A DNA stretch of 64,000 bases from Nannocystis bainbridge (GCF_028368995.1 NZ_JAQNDL010000001.1:4288001-4352000), one strand, 5' to 3'. Shown: positions 1 to 9,866, numbered from the stretch's first letter. A program made the numbers and translations. Notes: generated by a model not told the origin, from the sequence alone.

Positions 1-2
1 GC

Positions 3-458
3 GCCGAGGAGGCCGCGACGATCAGGACCTGGGTCGAGGGCGGCGGCGGTCTGATGTCGATGACCGGCCACACCAACAACAACACCGTCGTCGATCGCCC
101 CAACTCGATCATCGCGCCGATGGGCCTGGCCTACAACCAGAGCAAGGGCTTCTTCGGCGGGCCGGTGACGCAGTGGACGCCGCACCCGATCACCGAGGGC
201 ATCACCTCGGTGTCGTTCTACGGCGGCCTCTACGTCGACATCGTCGAGGACGGCGTCGCGCTCAACGAGGTGATCGGCACGCTGCCGCAGGGCCCCGTCG
301 CGGTCGGCCAGACCCGCCTCGACGGCAAGCTCTTCATCTTCGGCGACGAGTGGATCGAGTTCGACTCGGAGTGGCAGCAGATCCCGCAGATCAAGCAGTT
401 CTGGGTCAACATCCTCGCGTGGCTGTCGCCGCAGAACTTCTGCACGATCCCGCAGTGA
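3..458 (+). CDS. C-terminal part of a hypothetical (probably secreted) protein, GATase/DUF4350-like fold; 5' end outside window
   Basis: Frame is open from base 3 (AEEAATIRTWVEGGGGLM...) with GC3-rich codons and a GKLFIFGDEW...FWVNILAWL motif; TGA at 456-458. Confidence 0.6.
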   Translation, partial: AEEAATIRTWVEGGGGLMSMTGHTNNNTVVDRPNSIIAPMGLAYNQSKGFFGGPVTQWTPHPITEGITSVSFYGGLYVDIVEDGVALNEVIGTLPQGPVAVGQTRLDGKLFIFGDEWIEFDSEWQQIPQIKQFWVNILAWLSPQNFCTIPQ

Positions 459-461
459 TGG

Positions 462-500
462 GCGACTCGCTCCTCCCCCGGCCGCGAGGGAGGAGCTCGC
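462..500. terminator. GC-rich hairpin between convergent genes, possible bidirectional terminator
   Basis: gctcctccc (469-477) pairs with gggaggagc (488-496), extended by gcga/tcgc; no clear U-tract. Confidence 0.4.
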
Positions 501-516
501 TGGGTCGGCGCACGGC

Positions 517-2301
517 TCAGCGCAATTCGAAGGTCCGCAGCACCGCTCGCCCCGCGAGCGTGCGCAGCCCGGGCGCCAGGCACCACGGGTACAGCCACCA
601 GAAGCCCGGCAGGATCGGCACCAGCGCCCGACCGGCCGCGGCCCCGGCGTGACGCGTCGCATCGCCCGGCGCGGTCACGACCAGCGCCCCCGCGGGCACC
701 GACGGATCGGCCGCGAATTGCAGGCGCGCGCCGAGGTCCCACATGCGAAGCAGGGCCACCCGGCGGATCGACGCCTCGTCGGCCGCGTGGTGCACGACGT
801 ACGGCGCTCGCGGCCCGCGGTAGCGCAGGCGGTCGAGCGGGCGCAGCAGCGACGCCTTCCACCCCGGCTTGCGCCGCGGCCGGGCGCCCTCGCCTTCTGC
901 CAGCGGGCGCGACATCAGCGTCCGCCACACCGCCTCGACCTCGGCGCCCGACAGCCACGCGATGTAGACCGCCAGCATCACCTGCACGAACGTGCCGACG
1001 TTCATCGCCACGTCGATCACCAGGTGCATGATCACGCCGACGCCGAGCCACAGCCGCTTGCCGCACAGCCACCGCAGCACCCACGCGTGCGCGCGCGGAC
1101 GGCGGGCCCGCAGCCACAGGTACGAGCCCACCAGCAGGGCCGGGAACGCCAGCACGCCGGCGACCACGAGCGCCTGCGCCTGCGCGCGCGACAGCTGCAC
1201 CGGGCCCTCGCCCGGGCTGTAGTAGTACCAGGCGGTCAGGCCGCCGACGTAGGCCAGCGCGCCGACGATCGCGGCGATCAGCGCGTACGAGCTCCAGCGC
1301 CGCCACGCCTGCACTTTCGGCCATGTCCCTTCGGACAGCTCGCGCTCGCACCGGCGCAGCGCCAGCCCGACCAGCGCCAGCGGGAACAGGGTCTCCCACG
1401 CCTTGGTGACCCACGTCGAGAGCGGCAGGAAGCCGATCATGTGCAGGAACGTGGCGACCTGGATCTGGAACGGGTGGCGGTAGAAGTGGTCGAGGCTGAG
1501 CGCGTAGAACAGCGCGGTGCCGTCGAACCACGTCAGGCCGCTCTTGAGCGCCCCGGTGGCGCAGTAGATGATGGCGAGCTGCAGCATCATCAGCCGCAGC
1601 GGCCACGCGGGGATCTGCCGCAGCGCGGGCACGACGACGCTGCCGGCCAGCAGCTCGCGCCGCCGTCGCCACCAGGTGTCGAGCGCGTAGGCCTCGCCCC
1701 AGCGGGTCAAGACGCCGAGGAACAGGAACACCCGCAGGACCGTGTCGCCGCCGCTGTAGAAGACGGGGCTGTAGCTGTAGAAGGTGTTGACGAGGAACCA
1801 GCTCAGCAGGGTGCTGAGGCGCGTCTTGATCCCGAGGATCATCGCCGTGACGCTGGCGCAGGTCAGGCCGAACACCGCCCACACGAAGGCCGGGTCGGCG
1901 CGCAGGTGGAACAGCGAGAACTTGGCCCACAGCGCCTGGACCACGCTCCACCAGCTCTCGAAGCCGTGCTCCGGGTCCCACAGCCGCCGCAGCTCGCCGC
2001 CGTAGTTCTTGCGCGCCATCGCCGGCAGCCACAGGCCCTCGTCGGTGAACAAGAACCGCAGCAGCGGGATCAGGTCGAGCAGCGTCCACAGCACGACCAC
2101 GCCGTAGACGATGCGCAGCAGCCCCGCCGGCCGCGGGTCGACCCGCTCGAGCCACAGTCGCCGCCACAGCTCGGGGCGCACCAAGAAGAACGCGAGCGCG
2201 CAGCCGAGGCCGAGCCACAGCGCACCTGTCGCAAGGGACATGTGCGCCGAGAGGTCGATCGCGGGCCCCTTGGCGGCCGGAGCGAGCAGCGCGGCCAGCA
2301 T
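517..2301 (-). CDS. HTTM-domain (SdpB / vitamin K-dependent gamma-carboxylase-like) multi-pass membrane protein with degenerate C-terminal DCC1-like domain
   Basis: Many TM segments; GGDTVLR, WPLRLMMLQLAIIYCATGALKSGLTWFDG and MNVGTF motifs; ATG at 2301 overlaps the upstream TGA (TGATG). Confidence 0.8.
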   Translation of the reverse strand: MLAALLAPAAKGPAIDLSAHMSLATGALWLGLGCALAFFLVRPELWRRLWLERVDPRPAGLLRIVYGVVVLWTLLDLIPLLRFLFTDEGLWLPAMARKNYGGELRRLWDPEHGFESWWSVVQALWAKFSLFHLRADPAFVWAVFGLTCASVTAMILGIKTRLSTLLSWFLVNTFYSYSPVFYSGGDTVLRVFLFLGVLTRWGEAYALDTWWRRRRELLAGSVVVPALRQIPAWPLRLMMLQLAIIYCATGALKSGLTWFDGTALFYALSLDHFYRHPFQIQVATFLHMIGFLPLSTWVTKAWETLFPLALVGLALRRCERELSEGTWPKVQAWRRWSSYALIAAIVGALAYVGGLTAWYYYSPGEGPVQLSRAQAQALVVAGVLAFPALLVGSYLWLRARRPRAHAWVLRWLCGKRLWLGVGVIMHLVIDVAMNVGTFVQVMLAVYIAWLSGAEVEAVWRTLMSRPLAEGEGARPRRKPGWKASLLRPLDRLRYRGPRAPYVVHHAADEASIRRVALLRMWDLGARLQFAADPSVPAGALVVTAPGDATRHAGAAAGRALVPILPGFWWLYPWCLAPGLRTLAGRAVLRTFELR

Positions 2302-3203
2302 CAATCACCCCCCCCGTCGGCCCCGCCGACCTCGGCCCCGCCCTCGTTGCCGCCGCCCTCGGCCGGCAGCGCCGGCTCGTCGCCGTCCTCGACCGGGGCC
2401 ACGTCGCGCTTGCGCTTGCCGTCGACGGCCCGTCGCCGCTCGAGGATCTTGGCCCGCGCCGCGGCCCGCTCGCGCCAGCTCGTGGTGTCGACCTCGACGA
2501 AGCTGCCGGCCGGCAGCGGCGCGAACCCGTAGCGGGCGCGGATCTGGTCGGGAAGCTGCGCGTGCGGGGTGGTCGCGCAGTCGAAGCCCTTGAGGTCCTC
2601 CTTGTAGAGCTTGAGCTCGAACGGGTCGAAGCCCATGGTCTCGATCGCCTTCGACGGGTGCGGCACCTTCGTCCACATCTTCGTGAAGTTGACCCGCACC
2701 GGCGGCTCGCCGCCGTGGGTGCGCGCCCACTCGCGGCAGACCCACGCGGCGTACGGCGACTGGTAGCGCTCCTGCTCGAGCAGCCGCCGGTTGATCTTGC
2801 CCATGCGGTCGTAGAAGAAGTACGGGTAGTCGCGCCGGCCGTAGATGTCGTGCAGCAGGTCGATCTCCTCGCCGGCCTGCGTCACCACCCGCACCTGCAA
2901 GAACATGTTGGTGCGGTGCGGGTTGGGGGCGAACATCGCCCAGCTCTGCACGCTCGAGGTGGCCCGCATGTAGGCGCCGGAGCGCAGCAGCTCGGCCAGC
3001 CGGCGGTTGAACCGCTCCGACAGCCCGCTCGCCGGGGTGGTGTGCTGCAGCAGCGCGACCGTGTGATAGAGGACGAACAGGCTGACCAGCAGCGCCGCCC
3101 ACCCGCGGTAGGCCCACGGCCCGTCGCCCACGTCCTCGGCCGGCGGCGCCCGCAGCAGCGCGTCGGCCAGCCTCGTCGTGCCGTCGTGGGATGGCCGACT
3201 CAC
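2301..3203 (-). CDS. SdpA/DUF5819-like partner of HTTM protein
   Basis: One N-terminal TM and QSWAMFAPNP motif; homologous to C-terminal domain of 3357..5921; start uncertain (GTG 3203 chosen, ORF is open to 3251). Confidence 0.7.
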   Translation of the reverse strand: MSRPSHDGTTRLADALLRAPPAEDVGDGPWAYRGWAALLVSLFVLYHTVALLQHTTPASGLSERFNRRLAELLRSGAYMRATSSVQSWAMFAPNPHRTNMFLQVRVVTQAGEEIDLLHDIYGRRDYPYFFYDRMGKINRRLLEQERYQSPYAAWVCREWARTHGGEPPVRVNFTKMWTKVPHPSKAIETMGFDPFELKLYKEDLKGFDCATTPHAQLPDQIRARYGFAPLPAGSFVEVDTTSWRERAAARAKILERRRAVDGKRKRDVAPVEDGDEPALPAEGGGNEGGAEVGGADGGGD

Positions 3204-3356
3204 GGGACATGCTCCTCGGGACATGTCGCTTTGGCCATCAATACAAGGCACCCCACGTGTCCCTCATGACATGTCCCATGCGCCAGCTTCAAAGATAACG
3301 AGGTTCCCACGCCGGACGGCCCCGGCGGCCCGGCGCCGTGCGGGGCCAGCCGCGGT

Positions 3357-5921
3357 CTACTCGCCATCGCCGCCTCCCTCGTCCTCGGCCCCGCGCGCCG
3401 GCTCGGCCGCGGGCTCGGGCGCCGCGGCGGGGCGCGGCGAGGTGACGCTGGCGGCGCGCGGCTGCGGGTTGCCGCCCCAGTCGCGGCGGGTGGCCCAGCT
3501 GCGGCGGCGCTGGTCGGCCTGGCGGGCCTGCTTCTCCGCGGCCGCCTCGAGCTCGCGCTGGTCGGCCTCGTCGAGCGGGACCCCGTAGCGCTGCTTCATG
3601 AAGGCGGGCAGCTGGCCCTGCTTGAGGCAGCTATGGGTCTCGAGCAGCTCGTAGGTGGCCTTGAGGTCGGCCGGGCGGTACCAGCCCTTGTCGCGGACCT
3701 GCTCGGGCGTGGGGATCTTCGTGGTGATCCGCCAGGTCTCGACCTTGGCCGCGGGCTCGCCGTACTCGATGAACCAGTTGCGACAGACGAAGAACGACCA
3801 CGGCCGCAGGTACGACTTGCCCTTGCCGATCATGCGCCGATGCATCTTGCGCATGCGGTCGTTGTAGATCCACGGGAACGGCCGGTAGCTGTAGCTGTTG
3901 TAGCCGATGTCCCAGCGGGTCCCGTCGGGCAAGACCACCACCGTCTTCATGAAGGTGTTGGCCCGCGGCGGGTTGGGCGCGAACATGTTCCAGCTCTGCG
4001 AGGTGCCGGTGACGGTGAGGTAGCTGCCGAACACCCCGCGCGCGGCCGACCGCCACTGGCTGAACACGTTGCTGCTGGGGAACAGCGCCAGCGCGACGGC
4101 GCTGAAGTGCCACGTTATGAGGCCGAGCACGACCGCCCGGAACAGCGCCCCGCCAGCCAGCCCCGGCGTGCCCCCGGGTGCGGCGTCGGCTGGCACTCCG
4201 GACATGCCCTTGAAGACATGTCTCAAGGGCCTTGTGAACAGACGAAACACCAGCGCGACCGCGGCGACCAGGCCGAGCCAGGCGTAGACGAGGCCGCCGA
4301 CGTCGCGGTCGCCGCCGATGCGCTTGTAGATGATGGCGAGCAGCAGCGCGCCGAGGACCACGACGATCGCGTCGGGGATGGTCCGGCCGCGCGCGGGCAG
4401 GTCCTCGGGCCGCTGGGCCGGGCCGAACAGGCGCTCGCCGCCGGCCGGCAAGACCCGCCGCAGGCCGGTGCGCCGGGCCTGCCGCCACAGCCAGTGCAGC
4501 GCCGCGGCGATCTCCTCGCCGCGCAGCCAGGCGACGTAGACCATCAGCATGATGAACGGGAACATGCCGATGTTCATGAACAGGATCAGGAAGCCGTGGA
4601 AGAGCAGCCCGAGGCCGAGCCACAGCCGGCGCCCGAGCAGCCACCGCTGCACGAACGACTGATCGATCGTCCACCCGCGCACCCGCAGCGGCCAGCGCCC
4701 GAGCGCGAACCAGGCGACGATGAGCAGCGGCACGATCACGCCCAGCACGAGGTGCACGTGGCCGACGCCGGTGGCGACCAGCGCCCGCGCCTGCTCCGGC
4801 TGGTTCTTCGGCAGCTCGACCACGTACGGATACGCGAGCACGCTGACGCGGTAGAGCGCGGCGTAGCCGAGCAGCAGGGCCAGGCGGCCGAGCCAGCGGC
4901 GCCACGGGCGGTCCTGGGCGATGAACCACGGCTGGTCGCGGTGGCGCAGCTGGAACCCGAGGATCGCGCCGAGGATCGCGATCGCGAAGTGCTCCTCCCA
5001 CCAGCGCGTCACCCACGTCATCAACCGGAACAGGTTGGTGCCGAACACCGCCGAGACCTGCTGGGTCCAGTCCTCGAAGCGGTAGAAGTGGTCCATGTTG
5101 AGGGCGTAGTACAGCGCGTCGCCCTGCATCCACACGTTGCCGGTCTTGACGATCCCGGTGGCGGTGTAGATCGCCGCCAGCTGGGCCATGATGAGGTAGC
5201 GCGGCCAGCTCGGGATCAGGCGATAGACCGGCTGCTTGCCCGGCTGGGCCGGCTCACCGACCTCCTGCAGCTTGCCGGCGCGGCGCAGCAGCTTGCAGCG
5301 GACCCAGTTGTCGAAGCTCCACGCGTCGCCGGTGCGGGCGAAGATCAGCACCCACCACAGCGTGCGGTACACCGTGTCGGTGCCCTCGAGGTAGAGCCCG
5401 TTGTGGTTGTAGACGCTGCACACCAGCAGCCACGAGAGCACGCCGGTGAGCCGCGAGAACACCCCGGCGGCGTACAGCAGCAGCACGCCGAAGATCGCGT
5501 ACATCACCCACTCGACGCCGTCGGGCGCCGACCAGAAGTAGAACAGCGAGTGCTTGCCCCACAGGAACTTGAAGACGCCCCAATGATCGAGGAAGCCGTC
5601 CTCCGGGGTCCAGCCCATCAGCGCCGAGCTGCCGAACCGCGAGCGCGTCTCGTCGAGGTCGTAGAGGCCCTCGTCGCTCCACAACATGCGCCAGTACGGG
5701 TGCAGGTTCCAGAAGCACTGGATCGTCATCAGCGCGGTGCCGATGCGCAGGGTCGCGAACATGCGCGGGTCCTCGAGCGCGAGCAGGCTGCGCCGCACCG
5801 ACTCCATCCGCGTGGCCGCCCACGCCAGCGTCGCCACCACCACCGCCAGACAGAGCCAGCCGACGTGGCTGCCGAGCTCGGGGGGGACGCGGCTGAAGTC
5901 GAGCGCCTCGGGTGCCAACAT
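3357..5921 (-). CDS. HTTM domain + SdpA/DUF5819-like domain fusion protein
   Basis: WPRYLIMAQLAAIYTATGIVKTGNVWMQG and MNIGMF motifs, then QSWNMFAPNP; paralogous to both downstream genes. Confidence 0.8.
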   Translation of the reverse strand: MLAPEALDFSRVPPELGSHVGWLCLAVVVATLAWAATRMESVRRSLLALEDPRMFATLRIGTALMTIQCFWNLHPYWRMLWSDEGLYDLDETRSRFGSSALMGWTPEDGFLDHWGVFKFLWGKHSLFYFWSAPDGVEWVMYAIFGVLLLYAAGVFSRLTGVLSWLLVCSVYNHNGLYLEGTDTVYRTLWWVLIFARTGDAWSFDNWVRCKLLRRAGKLQEVGEPAQPGKQPVYRLIPSWPRYLIMAQLAAIYTATGIVKTGNVWMQGDALYYALNMDHFYRFEDWTQQVSAVFGTNLFRLMTWVTRWWEEHFAIAILGAILGFQLRHRDQPWFIAQDRPWRRWLGRLALLLGYAALYRVSVLAYPYVVELPKNQPEQARALVATGVGHVHLVLGVIVPLLIVAWFALGRWPLRVRGWTIDQSFVQRWLLGRRLWLGLGLLFHGFLILFMNIGMFPFIMLMVYVAWLRGEEIAAALHWLWRQARRTGLRRVLPAGGERLFGPAQRPEDLPARGRTIPDAIVVVLGALLLAIIYKRIGGDRDVGGLVYAWLGLVAAVALVFRLFTRPLRHVFKGMSGVPADAAPGGTPGLAGGALFRAVVLGLITWHFSAVALALFPSSNVFSQWRSAARGVFGSYLTVTGTSQSWNMFAPNPPRANTFMKTVVVLPDGTRWDIGYNSYSYRPFPWIYNDRMRKMHRRMIGKGKSYLRPWSFFVCRNWFIEYGEPAAKVETWRITTKIPTPEQVRDKGWYRPADLKATYELLETHSCLKQGQLPAFMKQRYGVPLDEADQRELEAAAEKQARQADQRRRSWATRRDWGGNPQPRAASVTSPRPAAAPEPAAEPARGAEDEGGGDGE

Positions 5922-6158
5922 GCGGGTGAGGCCGCCGACACTAGCACGGCGCAGACCTTCCTCAGCGCCCGCGGGCCACGCGCATATTTTGCGTGACTGG
6001 CGATCTAGAGGCTACTGGCGCGGCCTGGGCCGGGGAATCCGGCGGGCGCTCGAGATCGGGCACGGCCGCCCGGGAGCTGTCCCGAGAGACATCTCGCCGA
6101 GGCGGATCCGCCGTCGCCTCGACTATCGCGGCCGGGCGGGTTCGCGGTAGAGGAGAGC

Positions 6159-6668
6159 GTGCCTTGGAGCAGGCGGCGGGTGCTGGGGCTGGTGGCGGTG
6201 GCCGCCGGCTGTCGGCCGCCGGAGCTGCCGCCGTCGGCGCCCACCAGCCTGCTCGGCGAGGCTGCGCCGCAGTTCTCGCGGCGGGGCCTCGACGGGCGCA
6301 CCGTCGACCTCGCGGCGCTGCGCGACCGGGTCGTGGTGGTCGAGTTCTTCGCCCGCTACTGCGAGCCGTGCTGGAAGCACCTGCCGAAGGTCCAGCGCTG
6401 GGCCGCGCGGCAGCGCGACGTCGTGGTCATCGGCATCGGCGCCGACGAGTTCGCGGGCGACACCCTGGCGATGGTGCGCGCGCTCGGGGTCGGATTCCCG
6501 GTCGTGCACGACAGCGGCCTCGTGCTCACCGCCCGCTTTCGCGTCGACAAGATCCCCGCGACCCTCGTTTTGGACCGCGGCGGGCGGGTCCGCTGGCGCT
6601 CGCTCCCCGGCGACGGCGTCGGGGCGATGGACCGCGCCGTCGAGGCCATCCGCCGCGCGCGCGATTGA
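6159..6668 (+). CDS. TlpA/ResA-like thioredoxin-fold lipoprotein
   Basis: Lipobox VAAGC; FFARYCEPC (CxxC); cis-Pro motif KIPAT. Confidence 0.8.
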   Translation: MPWSRRRVLGLVAVAAGCRPPELPPSAPTSLLGEAAPQFSRRGLDGRTVDLAALRDRVVVVEFFARYCEPCWKHLPKVQRWAARQRDVVVIGIGADEFAGDTLAMVRALGVGFPVVHDSGLVLTARFRVDKIPATLVLDRGGRVRWRSLPGDGVGAMDRAVEAIRRARD

Positions 6669-6682
6669 GGTACTCTGGCAGG

Positions 6683-8263
6683 GTGACCGCCCCCCGTCCG
6701 GCCGCGCTCGCGCTCGGGTTCGCCGCGCTCCTGTCCGCAGAGACAGGTTGCCGCAACGCCAACCTCGCCAGCGTCATGGCCCAGACGCCGAGCTACGAGC
6801 CCGAGGGCCAGACCCGCTGCGGCGTCGCGCGCAGCCACGCGCGGCCGCTGATCATCGAGTGGCCGGCGCACGACCGCAGCGAGCTCGAGACGCTGGTGGC
6901 CGAGGGCGAGCGCATGATCGCGGTCCGCTTCGCCGGCTGCGAGATGGAGCTGCTGCGCGGCTGCTCGGCCGCCGGCAGCTACCGCTACCAGGGCGTGCAG
7001 CCGAAGCGCGAGGACTACGTGTTCAAGCGGGCCGACGACCTCTACGCCAAGATCCCGCTCGGCGCGGCCAACCTCGAGGCGGAGCTCGAGCGCCACGGCG
7101 CGCTGACGCTCGGCATGACGGTGGTGGGCCGCTGGCAGGGCGGCCACGGGCGGCCGGCGCGGATCGATCTGCGCGGCGACTGCGATCAGGCGACGCACGT
7201 GATCTCGGGGCTGTCGGTCGGGGCGTTCCGCCTGTCCTCCGAGGCAGGTGCGGAGATCCGCGGCGAGGTCGGGTGGATGCAGGTGGGCGCCGGGGCCGGA
7301 TCATCTGCGGCGCGCGGGCTGGTGCGCAGCGACGGCGACCTCGCGGCCTGCGGCGACGCCGGCGGCGACGGCCCGCCGCACCGCTGCCGCGCGCTGCTGC
7401 GGGTCGAGGTCACGGCGATCCGCGAGCCGGCGGAGGTGGCGGCGGCGCGGGCTCGCCAGGTGTGCCCGCGCGACGCGGCGCTGGTCGAGGGCGGCCGCTT
7501 CCGCGCCAGCGTCGGCGGTCAGGTCGAGCTGGCCGATTTCTGCCTCGACCGCGAAGAGGTACGGGTGGCCGACTACGCCGCCTGCGCGGCCAAGGGGCCG
7601 TGCTCCGAGGCGGCCACGAGCGCCCGCTACAAGGGCGCGGACGAGGAGCTCGCGTGGGCCAACGGGCAGTGCAACGGCGACCGCGCCGGCCGGCGGCGCC
7701 ACCCGATCAACTGCATCAGCTGGAACCAGGCCGCGGCCTACTGCCAGTGGGCCGGCGGGCGCCTGCCGACCGAGGTCGAGTGGGAGTGGGCGGCCCGCGG
7801 CGGCGAGCAGGAGCGGACCTACGCGTGGGGCGAGCAGGAGCCGGGGCCGCGGCTGGTCAACGCCTGCGGGGAGGAGTGCGCGCGGGCGCGGGCCCGGCTG
7901 CAGCCGGCGCTCAAACATGGCCTTCAGGACATGCCCCCGGAGACATGGCTCAAGTTGCACGGCAAGAGCGACGGCGAGGTCGGCACGGCGCGGGTCGGCA
8001 GCTACGCCGCCGGGCGCGGCCGCGGGCAGGTCGCCGACCTGGCGGGCAACGTGTGGGAGTGGACCGCGAGCCAGGAGATCTCGTATCAGACCGGCGAGGA
8101 GCAGAACGTCGGCTGGGGCGGGCCTGACACCGGCCGCCGCGCCACTCGCGGTGGCGGCTTCCTCTCGACCGACGACAACGACGTGCGCACCACGGCCCGA
8201 CGCCTGCGCGACGTGAAGGACCGGCGGCCCGACCTCGGCTTCCGCTGCGCCTACGACCCGTGA
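6683..8263 (+). CDS. Lipoprotein with C-terminal FGE-sulfatase (SUMF1, C-type-lectin fold) domain
   Basis: GTG 6683 with signal peptide ending in Cys; HPINCISWNQA, RLPTEVEWEWAARG, DLAGNVWEW, GFRC. Confidence 0.8.
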   Translation: MTAPRPAALALGFAALLSAETGCRNANLASVMAQTPSYEPEGQTRCGVARSHARPLIIEWPAHDRSELETLVAEGERMIAVRFAGCEMELLRGCSAAGSYRYQGVQPKREDYVFKRADDLYAKIPLGAANLEAELERHGALTLGMTVVGRWQGGHGRPARIDLRGDCDQATHVISGLSVGAFRLSSEAGAEIRGEVGWMQVGAGAGSSAARGLVRSDGDLAACGDAGGDGPPHRCRALLRVEVTAIREPAEVAAARARQVCPRDAALVEGGRFRASVGGQVELADFCLDREEVRVADYAACAAKGPCSEAATSARYKGADEELAWANGQCNGDRAGRRRHPINCISWNQAAAYCQWAGGRLPTEVEWEWAARGGEQERTYAWGEQEPGPRLVNACGEECARARARLQPALKHGLQDMPPETWLKLHGKSDGEVGTARVGSYAAGRGRGQVADLAGNVWEWTASQEISYQTGEEQNVGWGGPDTGRRATRGGGFLSTDDNDVRTTARRLRDVKDRRPDLGFRCAYDP

Positions 8264-8350
8264 TCGCAGCATGTCCCTCGGGACGGTTTAATAAGGTGTC
8301 CTCGGGGACAGGTGATGCGAGGGGCCTTTACCTGTCCGAAGGGTCAGCTT

Positions 8351-8935
8351 TCAGCCCCACGCGCACAGCGGGCGGCAGGTCGCGGCGAGGCAGTCGGACA
8401 TCGGCTTCCACAGGTTCCACGACGGGCCGCCCATCAGGCCGTAGAGGTTGATGACGGACTCGCACGGGGCCTGGCAGTCGAGGCCGTAGCAGAGGCTGGA
8501 CTGCGCGCACTGCTGGATCGCCGCGCAGCCCTCGTCGGCGTGGCAGGCGTCCCACAGCGCCATGCAGTCGGTGCAGATGCAGGCGGCGCACTCGTTGCCG
8601 GGGTCGACCTCGGCCAGGCACGCCTCGATCGGGTCGGGCGCGGTCGTGCTGCTCGCATCGCCGGTCGTCGTCTCGCCCGTCGTCGTCGTCGTCGACGTCG
8701 TGCTGCTCGACGTCGTGCTCGTGGACGGCTCGCCCGTCGTGGTGGTCGTCGTCGGGTCGCCGCTGCTGCCCGTGCTGCTGGTGCTGCTCGAAGTCGAGCT
8801 GCCGGTGGTGTCGGGCGCGGCGCTGGTGACGGCGCTGGTGGTGCTGGCGACATCGGCCGTCGCGCCGCCTCCACCATCGCCGCAGGCGGCCAGAGCGAGC
8901 ACCGAGGCGAGGACCGCAGGGGGGAGGCGGGGCAT
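8351..8935 (-). CDS. Ser/Thr-rich lipoprotein with C-terminal 14-Cys domain
   Basis: Lipobox LAAC; Thr/Ser stalk; Cys-rich domain paralogous to 9213..9866. Confidence 0.75.
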   Translation of the reverse strand: MPRLPPAVLASVLALAACGDGGGGATADVASTTSAVTSAAPDTTGSSTSSSTSSTGSSGDPTTTTTTGEPSTSTTSSSTTSTTTTTGETTTGDASSTTAPDPIEACLAEVDPGNECAACICTDCMALWDACHADEGCAAIQQCAQSSLCYGLDCQAPCESVINLYGLMGGPSWNLWKPMSDCLAATCRPLCAWG

Positions 8936-9212
8936 GGCGCCGACGATAGCCGCTCGCTTGCGCGCCGGTCAAAATCGCGCAGCAGGCGCGAATGTGACCT
9001 CGCCCGGGGTCCGCAAGCTGGACTCGCGATCGCGACGATGCCGGCGCGGAGCGGTGCGGGCCCGCCCCAGGCGTCCGTCGCGGAGCCCCCCTCGCAGCGG
9101 CTGCGACCGACGCCTGTTCCCGGCGGCAGGTCGCGAAGACGCCGACGCAGGGGCTGCGCCGGCGTGGAGCACCGGTGGGTTCAGGGCCGGTGCGAGGCGT
9201 GCGGGTCGGGGC

Positions 9213-9866
9213 TCAGCACTGGCCCTGGCACTGCGTGTCGACGCAGGTGCCGATGGCCTGGGCCTTCATGCCGGCGGGGCCGAACGGGCCGCCGTTCATC
9301 TGGATGACGGTGCCGCACGGCCCGAGGCAGTCGATGCCGCCGCAGCCGGACTCCTGCGCGCAGTCGCGGATCGCCTGGCAGCCGGCATCCGCCGCGCAGA
9401 TCTGCAGCTCCTCGAGGCACTCGGTGCAGGCGCACTCGCCACACGGGTCGCCCGGGTTGACGCTGTCGAGGCACTGCATCAGCGGGTCGTCGGTGGTGGT
9501 GCCGGGATCGGTGGTGCTGGTGTCCTCGGTCGTCGTGCCGGGGTCGGTCGTCGACGTCGTGCCCGGGTTCTCGGTGGTCTCGGGCTCGGTGGTCGTGTCG
9601 ATCGGGCCCTCGGTCGTCGTCGTCGAAGTCGTGGTCGTCGTCGTCGCCGGCGTCGTGGTCGTCGGGTCGTCGCTGGTGATCGAGGTGCCGGTGCCCTCGG
9701 TGGTGTCGGTCGTGGCGGGCTCGGTGGAGCCGTTCGAGGTGCCGGTGTCGGTGGTCGCCTCGGTCGCCTGGACGTTGGTCTCGCTGGTCTTGCCGTCGTC
9801 GCCGCAAGCGCCGAGCGAGAGCAGGCCGAGGGCCGTCATCGAGCTGAAGAAGAAGTTGCGAATCAT
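9213..9866 (-). CDS. Thr-rich lipoprotein with C-terminal 14-Cys domain (paralog of 8351..8935)
   Basis: Lipobox LGAC; Thr stalk; DP...C-x9-C-x2-C-x-C-x2-C pattern shared with neighbour. Confidence 0.8.
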   Translation of the reverse strand: MIRNFFFSSMTALGLLSLGACGDDGKTSETNVQATEATTDTGTSNGSTEPATTDTTEGTGTSITSDDPTTTTPATTTTTTSTTTTEGPIDTTTEPETTENPGTTSTTDPGTTTEDTSTTDPGTTTDDPLMQCLDSVNPGDPCGECACTECLEELQICAADAGCQAIRDCAQESGCGGIDCLGPCGTVIQMNGGPFGPAGMKAQAIGTCVDTQCQGQC

